From NCBI GenBank assembly GCA_964016885.1, contig OZ024744.1:132246001-132310000 (forward strand): a stretch of 64,000 nucleotides of DNA. The letters run 5' to 3'. Made by a program: the position numbers and the translations under genes. Each line of letters starts with the position of its first letter. Within the stretch, counting starts at the first letter, position 1. The DNA comes from Eledone cirrhosa. Taxonomy: Eukaryota. Shown piece by piece: positions 1 to 10,393 of this stretch. The notes under the pieces were generated by a model. It was given only the letters and a program-made list of their open reading frames with translations. It did no database searches and was not told the origin of the DNA.

Positions 1-264
1 GTTAAGTTAAATTGAGGTTAAGTTAACTTGGGTTTGAGTTAAGTTGGGGTTAAGTTAAGTTGGTGTTAAGTTCAGTTCAGGTTAAGTTAACTTGGGGTTA
101 AGTTAAGTTGGGGTTGAGTTAAGTTGGGGTTGAGTTAAGTTGGGGTTAAGTTAAGTTGGGGTTAACTTAAGTTGGGGTTAAGTTAAGTTGGGGTTAATTT
201 AAGTTGGGGTTCAGTTAAATTGAGGTTAAGATAACTTGGGTTTGCGTTAAGATGGGGTTAAGTT
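1..264 (+). repeat. G-rich 16-bp satellite (TTAAGTTAAGTTGGGG)n, 3' end of a block truncated by the window edge
   Basis: Tandem 16-mers with point variants. The same variant order occurs at 15289-15552, ~49088-49351 and ~60117-60380. Confidence 0.95.
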
Positions 265-1656
265 AGGTTTTTCGAAAACCTTATATAATCATTTTTATTT
301 AGGTTCTTCGAAACACCTTATATAATCAATTTTTTTAGGTTTTTCGAAAAACCTTATATAATTAATTTTTTTATACTTTTAGAAATATTTATATCTGATT
401 TCAAATATTGGATTTTTTAGGTTTTTCGATAATCAATTTTTTTTAGATTTTTCGAAAAATCTTATATAATCAATTTTTTTACGTTTTTAGAAAGACCTTA
501 TATAATCAATTTTTTTATACTTTTAGAAATATTTATATCTGATTTCAAATATTGATTTTTTTTTTAGGTTTTTCGAAATACCTTATATAATCAATTTTTT
601 TTAGGTTTTTCAAATTACTTTATATAATCAATTTTTTTTATCTGATTTCAAATATTGATTTTTTTAGCTTTTTCGACAAAATCTTATATAATCAATTTTT
701 TTTAGGTTTTTCGAAAAAGAATGAATTTGAGTTCATAGTCGAAATATATACTTCTGCATTAATCTTTTTACGTTTTTTTGATTTTTTTTAAAAAAACGTA
801 AAAAATTAATGCTTTTACAAATCTTTTGAAATATTTACTTTCTAGTTTCAAATTTTGCAGATTAAATTTTTCTCGAAAAACCTAAAAAATCAGTTGTCGA
901 AATCAGAAGTTAATATTTCGAAAAACGCAATTTGAAAAACTCATATTAATTTTTTTTCGAAAACATTATATAATCAATTTTTTAGAAATATTTATATCTG
1001 ATTTCAAATATTGATTTTTTTAGGTTTTTCGAAAACCCTATATAATCAATTTTTTTGTACTTTTAGAAATATCTATATCTGATTTCATGTATTGATTTTT
1101 TTATATTTTTCGAAAAAGCTTAGATAATCAATTTTTTTAGGTCTTTCGAAAACATTATATAATCAATTTTTTTTTAGGTTTTTCGAAAAAACCTTATATA
1201 ATCAATTTTTTTTAGGTTTTTCAAATATTGATTTTTTTAGCTTTTTCGACAAAATCTTATATAATCAATTTTTTTTAGGTTTTTCGAAAAAGAATGAATT
1301 TGAGTTCATAGTCGAAATATATACTTCTGCATTAATCTTTTTACGTTTTTTTGATTTTTTTTAAAAAAACGTAAAGAATTAATGCTTTTACAAATCTTTT
1401 GAAATATTTACTTTCTAGTTTCAAATTTTGCAGGTTAAATTTTTCTCGAAAAACCTAAAAAATCAGTTGTCGAAATCAGAAGTTAATATTTCGTAAAACG
1501 CAATTTTAAAAACTCATATTAATTTTTTTTCGAAAACTTATTATATAATCAATTTTTTTATACTTTTAGAAATATTTATATCTGATTTCAAATATTGATT
1601 TTTTTAGGTTTTTCGAAAACCCTATATAATCAATTTTTTTTAGGTTTTTCAAAAAA
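265..1656 (+). repeat. AT-rich composite satellite block 1 (~37-bp and ~46-bp units plus 2 cassettes)
   Basis: Units AGGTTTTTCGAAAAACCTTATATAATCAA(T)7-9 and ATACTTTTAGAAATATTTATATCTGATTTCAAATATTGA(T)n. Cassettes start at ~719 and ~1292. Confidence 0.95.
719..945 (+). repeat. ~230-bp conserved cassette with nested inverted repeats (first of 18 copies)
   Basis: Begins GAATGAATTTGAGTTCATAG and ends GAAAAACTCATA. Copies start at ~719, 1292, 16342, 17074, 17652, 18424, 19525, 20413, 21188, 22002, 22885, 49887, 50665, 51766, 61061, 61634, 62364 and 63095. Confidence 0.92.
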
Positions 1657-2367
1657 GTTACGTTGGGGTTAAGTTAAGTTGGGGTTAAGTTGAGGTTAAG
1701 TTAAGTTGTGGTTAAGTTAAGTTGGGGCTAAGTTAAGTTGGGGCTAAGTTAAGTTGGGGTTAAGTTAAGTTGGGGTTAATTTAAGTTGGGGTTAGGTTAA
1801 GTTGGGGATAAGTTAAGTTGGGGATAAGTTAAGTTGGGGTTAAGTTAAGTTGGGTTTAAGTTAAGCTGGGGTTAAGTTAAGTTGGGGTTAAATTAAGTTG
1901 GGGTTAAGTTAAGTTTGGGTTAGGTTAAGTTGGGGATAAGTTAAGTTGGGGATAAGTTAAGTTGGGCTTAAGTTAAGTTGGGTTTAAGTTAAGTTGGGGT
2001 TAAGTTAAGTTGGGGTTAAGTTAAGTTGGGGTTAAGTTAAGTTGCGGTTAGTTAAGTTGAGTTTAAGTTAAGTTGGGGTTAATTTAAGTTGGGGTTAAGT
2101 TAAGTTGGGGTTCAGTTAAGTTGGGGTTAAGTCAAGTTGGGGTTAAGTTAAGTTGGGGTTAAGTTAAGTTGGGGTTAGGTTAAGTTGGGGATAATTTAAG
2201 TTGGGGATAAGCTAAGTTGGGGTTAAGTTAAGTTGGGTTTAAGTTAAGTTGGGGTTAAGTTAAGTTGGGGTTAAATTAAGTTGGGGTTAAGTTAAGCTGG
2301 GGTTAAATTAAGTTGGGGTTATGTTAAGTTGGGGTTAAGTTAAGTTGGGGTTAGTTTAAGTGGGGTT

Positions 2368-2712
2368 AACCCCAACTTAACTTAACCCCAACTTAACTTA
2401 ACCCCAACTTCACTCAACCCCAACTTAAATTAACCCCAACTTCACTCAACCCCAACTTAACTCAACCCCAACTTAAATTAACCCCAACTTAACTTAACCC
2501 TGACTTAACTTAACCCCGACTTAACTTAACCCCGACTTAACTTAACCCCAACTTAACTTAAACCCCAACTTAACTTAACCCCAACTTAACTTAACCCCAA
2601 CTTGACTTAACCCCAACTTAACTCACACCCAACTTAACTTACCCCCAACTTAACTTAACCACAACTTGATGTAAACCCAACTTAACTTAACCCCAACTTA
2701 ACTTAACCCCAA
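2368..2712 (-). repeat. Inverted island of the 16-bp satellite (long type)
   Basis: (CCCCAACTTAACTTAA)n between GGGGTT|AACCCC and CCCCAA|AGTCGGAG. Confidence 0.93.
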
Positions 2713-3371
2713 AGTCGGAGTTCAGTTAAGTTGGGGTTCAGTTAAGTTAGGCTTAACTTAAGTTGGGGTTAAGTTAAGTTGGGGGTAAGTTAAGTTGGGG
2801 GTAAGTTAAGTTGGGGTTAAGTTAAGTTGGGGTTAAGTTGGGGTTAAGTTAAGTTAGGGTTAAGTTAAGTTGGGGTTGAGTTAAGTTGGGGTTAAGTTAA
2901 GTGGTGGTTATGTTAAGTTGGGGTTAAGTTAAGTTGGGGTTAAATTAAGTGGGGTTAACTTAAGTTGGGTGTAAGTTAAGTTGGGGTTGAGTGAAGTTGG
3001 GGTTAAGTTAAGTTGGGGTTAAGTTAAGTTAGGGTTAATTTAAGTTGGGGTTATGTTAAGTTGGTGTTAAGTTAAGTTGGGGTTAAGTCGAGTTGGGGTT
3101 AAGTTAAGTTGGGGTTAAGTTAAATTGGTGTTAAGTTAAGTTGGGGTTAAGTTAAGTTGGGGTTAGTTAAGTTGAGTTTAAGTTAAGTTGGGGTTAATTT
3201 AAGTTGGGGTTAAGTTAAGTTGGGGTTCAGTTAAGTTGGGGTTAAGTTAAGTTGGGGTTGAGTTAAGTTGTGGTTAAGTTAAGTTGGGGTTAGGTTAAGT
3301 TGGGGTTAAGTTAAGCTGGGGTTAAATTAAGTTGGCTTTAAGTTAAGTTGGGGTTAGGTTAAGTTGGGGTT

Positions 3372-3669
3372 AACCCCAACTTAACTTAACCCCAACTTAA
3401 CTTAACCCCAACTTCACTCAACCCCAACTTAACTTAACCCCAACTTCACTCAACCCCAACTTAACTCAACCCCAACTTAACTTAACCCCAACTTAACTTA
3501 ACCCTAACTTAACATTAACCCCGACTTAAACTTAACCCCGACTTAACTTAACCCCAACTTAACTTAACCCCAACTTAACTTAACCCCAACTTAACTTAAT
3601 CCCAACTTGACTTAACCCCAACTTAACTCACACCCAACTTAACTTACCCCCAACTTAACTTAACCCCAA
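3372..3669 (-). repeat. Inverted island of the 16-bp satellite
   Basis: C-rich monomers with an AAAGTCGGAG exit junction. Confidence 0.93.
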
Positions 3670-6170
3670 AGTCGGAGTTAAGTTAAGTTGGGGTTAAGTT
3701 AAGTTAGGCTTAACTTAAGTTGGGGTTAAGTTAAGTTGGGGGTAAGTTAAGTTGGGGGTAAGTTAAGTTGGGGTTAAGTTAAGTTGGGGTTAAGATAAGT
3801 GGTGGTTATGTTAAGTTGACGTTAAGTTAAGTTAGGGTTAAATTAAGTTGGGGTTAAGTTAAGTTGGGTGTAAGTTAAGTTGGGGTTGAGTGAAGTTGGG
3901 GTTAAGTTAAGTTGGGGTTAAGTAGAGTTGGGGTTAAGTTAAGTTGGGGTTAAGTTAAGTTGGTGTTAAGTTGGGGTTAAGTTAAGTTGGGGTTAAGTTA
4001 AGTGGTGGTTATGTTAAGTTGGGGTTAACTTAAGTTGGGGTTAATTTAAATTGGGGTTAAGTTAACTTTGTGGTTAAGTTAAGTTGGGGTTAAGTTAAGT
4101 TGGGGTTAAATTAAGTTGGGGTTGAGTGAAGTTGGGGTTAAGTTAAGTTGGGGTTAAGTTAAGTTGGGGTTAACTTAAGTTGGGTTTAAGTTAAGTTGCG
4201 GTTAAGTTAAGTTGGGGTTAAGTTAAGTTGGGGTTAAGTTAAGTCGGGGTTAATTTAAGTTGGGGTTGAGTTAAGTTGGGGTTAATTTGAGTTGAGGTTA
4301 TGTTAAGTTGGGGTTAATTTAAGTTGGGGTTAAGTTAAGTTGGGGTTAAGTTAAGTTGGGGTTAATTTAAGTTGGGATTAAGTTCAGTTGGGGTTAAATT
4401 AAGTTGGGGTTAAGTTAAGCTGGGGTTAAATTAAGTTGGGGTTAAGTTAAGTTGGGGTTAGTTAAGTTGAGTTTAAGTTAAGTTGGGGTTAATTTAAGTT
4501 GGGGTTAAGTTAAGTTGGGGTTCAGTTAAGTTGGGGTTAAGTTAAGTTGGGGTTAAGTTAAGTTGGTTTAAGTTAAGTTGGGGTTAGGTTAAGTTGGGGA
4601 TAAGTTAAGTTGGGGATAAGCTAAGTTGGGGTTAAGTTAAGTTGGGTTTTAGTTAAGTTGGGGTTAAGTTAAGTTAGGCTTAACTTAAGTTGGGGTTAAG
4701 TTAAGTTGGGGGTAAATTAAGTTGGGGGTAAGTTAAGTTGGGGTTAAGTTAAGTTGGGGTTAAGTTAAGTGGTGGTTATGTTAAGTTGGGGTTAAGTTAA
4801 GTTGGGGTTAAATTAAGTTGGGGTTAAGTTAAGTTGGGTGTAAGTTAAGTTGGGGTTGAGTGAAGTTGGGGTTAAGTTAAGTTGGGGTTAAGTTAAGTTA
4901 GGGTTAAGTAGAGTTGGGGTTAAGTTAAGTTGGGGTTAAGTTAAGTTGGTGTTAAGTTGGGGTTAAGTTAAGTCGGGGTTAAGTTAAGTTGGGGTTGAGT
5001 TAAGTTGGGGTTAATTTAAGTTGAGGTTATGTTAAGTTGGGGTTAATTTAAGTTGGGGTTAATTTAAGTTGGGGTTAAGTTAAGTTGGGGTTAAGTTGAG
5101 GTTAAGTTAAGTTGTGGTTAAGTTAAGTTGGGGCTAAGTTAAGTTGGGGCTAAGTTAAGTTGGGGCTAAGTTAAGTTGGGGTTAAGTTAAGTTGGGGTTA
5201 AGTTAAGTTGGGTTTAATTTAAGTTGGGGTCAACTTAAGTTGGGGTTAAGTTGAGTTGGGGTTAAATTAAGTTGGGGTTAATTTAAGTTGGGGCTAAGTT
5301 AAGTTGGGGCTGAGTTAAGTTGGGGTTAAGTTAAGTTGGGGTTAAGTTAAGTTGGGGTTAAGTTAATTTTGGGTTAAGTTAAGTTGTGGTTCAGTTAAGT
5401 TGGGGTTAAGTTAAGTTTGGGTTAATTTGGGGTTAAATTAAGTTGGGGTTAAGTTAAGTTGGGGTTAAGTTAAGTTGGGGTTAAGTTAAGTTGGGGTTAA
5501 TTTAAGTTGGGGTTAAGTTAAGTCGGGGTTAAGTTAAGTCGGTGTTAATTTAAGTTAGGGTTAAGTTAAGTTGGGGTTAAGTTAAGTTGGCTTTAAGTTA
5601 AGCTGGGGTTAAGTTAAGTTGGGGTTAAATTAAGTTGGGGTTAAGTTAAGTTGGGGTTAGGTTAAGTTTGGGTTAGGTTAAGTTGGGGTTAAATTAAGTT
5701 GGGGTTAAGTTAAGTTGGGGTTAAGTTAAGTTGGGGTTAGGTTAAGTTGGGGATAAGTTAAGTTGGGGATAATTTAAGTTGGGGTTAAGTTAAGTTGGGT
5801 TTAAGTTAAGCTGGGGTTAAGTTAAGTTGGGGTTAAATTAAGTTGGGGTTAAGTTAAGTTGGGGTTAAGTTAAGTTTGGGTTAGGTTAAGTTGGGGATTA
5901 GTTAAGTTGGGGATAAGTTAAGTTGGGGTTAAGTTAAGTTGGGTTTAAGTTAAGTTGTGGTTAAGTTAAGTTGGGGTTAAGTTAAGTTGGGGTTAGGTTA
6001 AGTTGGGGATAAGTTAAGTTGGGGATAAGCTAAGTTGGGGTTAAGTTAAGTTGGGTTTAAGTTAAGTTGGGGTTAAGTTAAGTTGGGGTTAAATTAAGTT
6101 GGAGATAAGTTAAGCTGGGGTTAAATTAAGTTGGGGTTAAGTTAAGTTGGGGTTAGGTTAAGTTGGGGTT

Positions 6171-6450
6171 AACCCCAACTTAACTTAGCCCCAACTTCAC
6201 TCAACCCCAACTTAACTTAACCCCAACTTCACTCAACCCCAACTTAACTCAACCCCAACTTAAGTTAACCCCAACTTAACTTAACCCTAACTTAACTTAA
6301 CCCCGACTTAACTTAACCCCGACTTAACTTAACCCCAACTTAACTTAACCCCAACTTAACTTAACCCCAACTTAACTTAATCCCAACTTGACTTAACCCC
6401 AACATAACTCACACCCAACTTAACTTACCCCCAACTTAACTTAACCCCAA
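6171..6450 (-). repeat. Inverted island of the 16-bp satellite
   Basis: C-rich monomers with an AAAATCGGAGTTACG exit junction. Confidence 0.93.
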
Positions 6451-9400
6451 AATCGGAGTTACGTTAAGTTGGGGTTAAGTTAAGTTAGGCTTAACTTAAG
6501 TTGGGCTTAAGTTAAGTTGGGGGTAAGTTAAGTTGGGGGTAAGTTAAGTTGGGGTTAATTTAAGTTGGGGTTAAGTTAAGTGGTGGTTATGTTAAGTTGG
6601 GGTTAAGTTAAGTTGGGGTTAAATTAAGTTGGGGTTAAGTTAAGTTGGGTGTAAGTTAAGTTGGGGTTGAGTGAAGTTGGGGTTAAGTTAAGTTGGGGTT
6701 AAGTAGAGTTGGGGTTAAGTTAAGTTGGGGTTAAGTTAAGTTGGTGTTAAGTTGGGGTTAAGTTAAGTTGGGGTTAAGTTGGGGTTAAGTTAAGTGGTGG
6801 TTATGTTAAGTTGGGGTTAACTTAAGTTGGGGTTAATTTAAATTGGGGTTAAGTTAAGTTTGTGGTTAAGTTAAGTTGGGGTTAAGTTAAGTTGGGGTTA
6901 AGTTAAGTTGGGGTTGAGGGAAGTTGGGGTTAAGTTAAGTTGGGGTTAACTTAAGTTGGGTTTAAGTTAAGTTGCGGTTAAGTTAAGTTGGGGTTAAGTT
7001 AAGTTGGGGTTAAGTTAAGTCGGGGTTAAGTTAAGTTGGGGTTGAGTTAAGTTGGGGTTAATTTAAGTTGAGGTTATGTTAAGTTGGGGTTAATTTAAGT
7101 TGGGGTTAAGTTAAGTTGGGGTTAAGTTAAGTTGGGGTTAATTTAAGTTGGGGTTAAGTTCAGTTGGGGTTAATTTAAGTTGGGGTTAAGTTAAGTTGGG
7201 TTTAAGTTAAGTTGGGGTTAAATTAAGTTGGGGTTAAATTAAGTTGGGGTTAAGTTAAGTTGGGGTTAGGTTAAGTTGGGGATAAGTTAAGTTGGGGATA
7301 AGCTAAGTTGGGGTTAAGTTAAGTTGGGTTTAAGTTAAGTTGGGGTTAAGTTAAGTCGGGGTTATGTTAAGTCGGTGTTAAGTTAAGTTAGGGTTAAGTT
7401 AAGTTGGGGTTAAGTTAAGTTGGGGTTGAGTTAAGTTGGGGTTGAGTTAAATTGGGGTTGAGTTAAGTTGGGGTTAAGTTAAGTTGGGGTTAAGTTAAGT
7501 TGGGGTTAAGTTAAGTTGGGGTTGAGTTAAGTTGGGGTTACTTCAAGTTGGGGCTAAGTTAAGTTGGGGCTGAGTTAAGTTGGGTGTACGTTAAGTTGGG
7601 GTTGACTGAAGTTGGGGTTAAGTTAAGTTGGGGTTAAGTTAAGTTAGGGTTAATTTAAGTTGGGGTTATGTTAAGTTGGGGTTAAGTTAAGTTGGGGTTA
7701 AGTAGAGTTGGGGTTAATTTAAATTGGGGTTAAGTTAAGTTGGTGTTAAGTTGGGGTTAATTTAAGTGGTGGTTATGTTAAGGTGGGGTTAAGTTAAGTT
7801 GGGGTTAATTTAAATTGGGGTTAAGTTAACTTTGTGGTTAAGTTAAGTTGGAGTTAAGTTAAGTTGGAGTTAAGTTAAGTTGGGGTTGAGTGAAGTTGGG
7901 GTTAAGTTAAGTTGGGGTTAACTTAAGTTGGGTTTGAGTTAAGTTGCTGTTAAGTTAAGTTGGGGTTAAGTTAAGTTGGGGTTAAGTTAAGTCGGGGTTA
8001 ATTTAAGTTGGGGTTAAGTAAAGTTGGGGTTAATTTAAGTTGGGGTTAAGTTAAGTTTAGGTTAAATTAAGTTGGGGTTAAATTAAGTTGGGGTTAAGTT
8101 AAGTTGGGGTTAAGTTAAGTTGGGGTTAGGTTAAGTTGGGGATAAGTTAAGTTGGGGATAAGTTAAGTTGGGGTTAAGTTAAGTTGGGTTTAAGTTAAGT
8201 TGGGGTTAAGTTAAGTTGGGGTTTAATTAAGTTGGGGTTGAGTTAAGTTGGGGTTGACTTAAGTTGGGCTTAAGTTAAGTTGGGGTTAAGTTAAGATGTG
8301 GTTAAGTTAAGTTGGGGTTAAGTTAAGTTGGGGTTAAATTAAGTTGGGGTTAAGTTAAGTTGGGGGTAAGGTAAGTTGGTGGTAAGTTAAGTTGGGGGTA
8401 AGTTAAGATGGGGCTAAGTTAAGTTGGGGTTAAGTTAATTTGGGGTTAAGTTAAGTTAGGGTTAAGTTAAGTTGGGGTTGACTTAAGTTGGGGTTAAGTT
8501 AAGTTGGGGTTATGTTAAGTTGGGTTTAAGTTAAGTTGGGGTTAAGTTAAGTTGGGGTTAAGTTAAGTTGCGGTTAAGTTAAGTTGGGGTTAAGTTAAGT
8601 TGGGGTTAAGTTAAGTTGGGGTTAAGTTAAGTTGGGGTTAATTTAAGTTGGGGTTAAATTAAGTTGGGGTTAATTTAAGTTGGGGGTTAAGATAAGTTGG
8701 GGTTAAGTTAAGTTGGGGTTAAATTAAGTTGGGGTTAAGTTAAGTTGGGGTTAATTTAGGTTGGGGTTAAGTTAAGTTGGGGTTGAGTTAAGTTGGGGGT
8801 AAGTTAAGTTGGGGGTAAGTTAAGTTGGGTGTAAGTTAAGATGGGGTTAAGTTAAGTTGGGGTTAAGTTATTTTGGGGTTAAGTTAAGTTGGGGGTAAGT
8901 TAAGTTGGTGATAAGTTAAGTTGGGGGTAAGTTAAGTTGGGGTTAAGTTAAGTTGGGTTAAGTTGGGGTTAAGTTAAGTTAGGGTTAAGTTAAGTTGGGG
9001 TTGAGTTAAGTTGGGGTTAAGTTAAGAGGTGGTTATGTTCAGTTGGGGTTAAGTTAAGTTGGGGTTAAGTTAAGTTGGGGTTAAGTTAAGTTGGGGTTAA
9101 GATAAGTTGGGGTTAAGTTAAGTTGGGGTTGAGTTAAGTTGGGGTTGAGTTAATTTGGGGTTAAGTTAAGTTGGGGTTAACTTAATTTGGGTTTAATTTA
9201 AGTTGGGGTTAAGTTAAGTTGGGGTTAAATTAAGTTGGGATTAAGTTAAGTTGGGTGTACGTTAAGTTGGGGTTGACTGAAGTTGGGGTTAAGTTAAGTT
9301 GGGGTTAAGTAGAGTTGGGGTTAATTTAAGTTGGTGTTAAGTTAAGTTGGTGTTAAGTTGGGGTTAAGTTAAGTTGGGGTTAAGTTGGGGTTAAGTTAAG

Positions 9401-10113
9401 TGGTGGTTATGTTAAGTTGGGGTTAAGTTAAGTTGGGGTTAATTTAAATTGGGGTTAAGTTAACTTTGTGGTTAAGTTAAGTTGGAGTTAAGTTAAGTTG
9501 GGGTTAAGTTAAGTTGGGGTTAAGTTAAGTTGGCTTTAAGTTAAGCTGGGGTTAAGTTAAGTTGGGGTTAAATTAAGTTGGGGTTAAGTTAAGTTGGGGT
9601 TAGGTTAAGTTTGGGTTAGGTTAAGTTGGGGTTAAATTAAGTTGGGGTTAAGTTAAGTTGGGGTTAAGTTAAGTTGGGGTTAGGTTAAGTTGGGGATAAG
9701 TTAAGTTGGGGATAATTTAAGTTGGGGTTAAGTTAAGTTGGGTTTAAGTTAAGCTGGGGTTAAGTTAAGTTGGGGTTAAATTAAGTTGGGGTTAAGTTAA
9801 GTTGGGGTTAAGTTAAGTTTGGGTTAGGTTAAGTTGGGGATTAGTTAAGTTGGGGATAAGTTAAGTTGGGGTTAAGTTAAGTTGGGTTTAAGTTAAGTTG
9901 TGGTTAAGTTAAGTTGGGGTTAAGTTAAGTTGGGGTTAGGTTAAGTTGGGGATAAGTTAAGTTGGGGATAAGCTAAGTTGGGGTTAAGTTAAGTTGGGTT
10001 TAAGTTAAGTTGGGGTTAAGTTAAGTTGGGGTTAAATTAAGTTGGAGATAAGTTAAGCTGGGGTTAAATTAAGTTGGGGTTAAGTTAAGTTGGGGTTAGG
10101 TTAAGTTGGGGTT

Positions 10114-10393
10114 AACCCCAACTTAACTTAGCCCCAACTTCACTCAACCCCAACTTAACTTAACCCCAACTTCACTCAACCCCAACTTAACTCAACCCCA
10201 ACTTAAGTTAACCCCAACTTAACTTAACCCTAACTTAACTTAACCCCGACTTAACTTAACCCCGACTTAACTTAACCCCAACTTAACTTAACCCCAACTT
10301 AACTTAACCCCAACTTAACTTAATCCCAACTTGACTTAACCCCAACATAACTCACACCCAACTTAACTTACCCCCAACTTAACTTAACCCCAA
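10114..10393 (-). repeat. Inverted island of the 16-bp satellite
   Basis: Copy of 6171-6450. Confidence 0.93.

Noticed and set aside
719-945. Small ORF from the ATG at 721 in the cassette
   Set aside because: ATG AAT TTG AGT TCA TAG stops after five codons, and variable homopolymer lengths among copies exclude a conserved frame.
265-1656. CRISPR-like look of ~37-bp palindromic repeats with a leader
   Set aside because: There are no unique spacers: the sequence between palindromes is itself constant. No cas genes or any other genes are present.
2360-2720. piggyBac-type insertion at TTAA as origin of islands
   Set aside because: TTAA occurs twice per monomer, there is no TTAA duplication at the exit junction, and no terminal inverted repeats or transposase are present.
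6171-6450. Islands as sequencing fold-back chimeras
   Set aside because: They do not mirror adjacent sequence, recur with the same junctions and carry lineage-specific variants. Read-level confirmation is still advisable.
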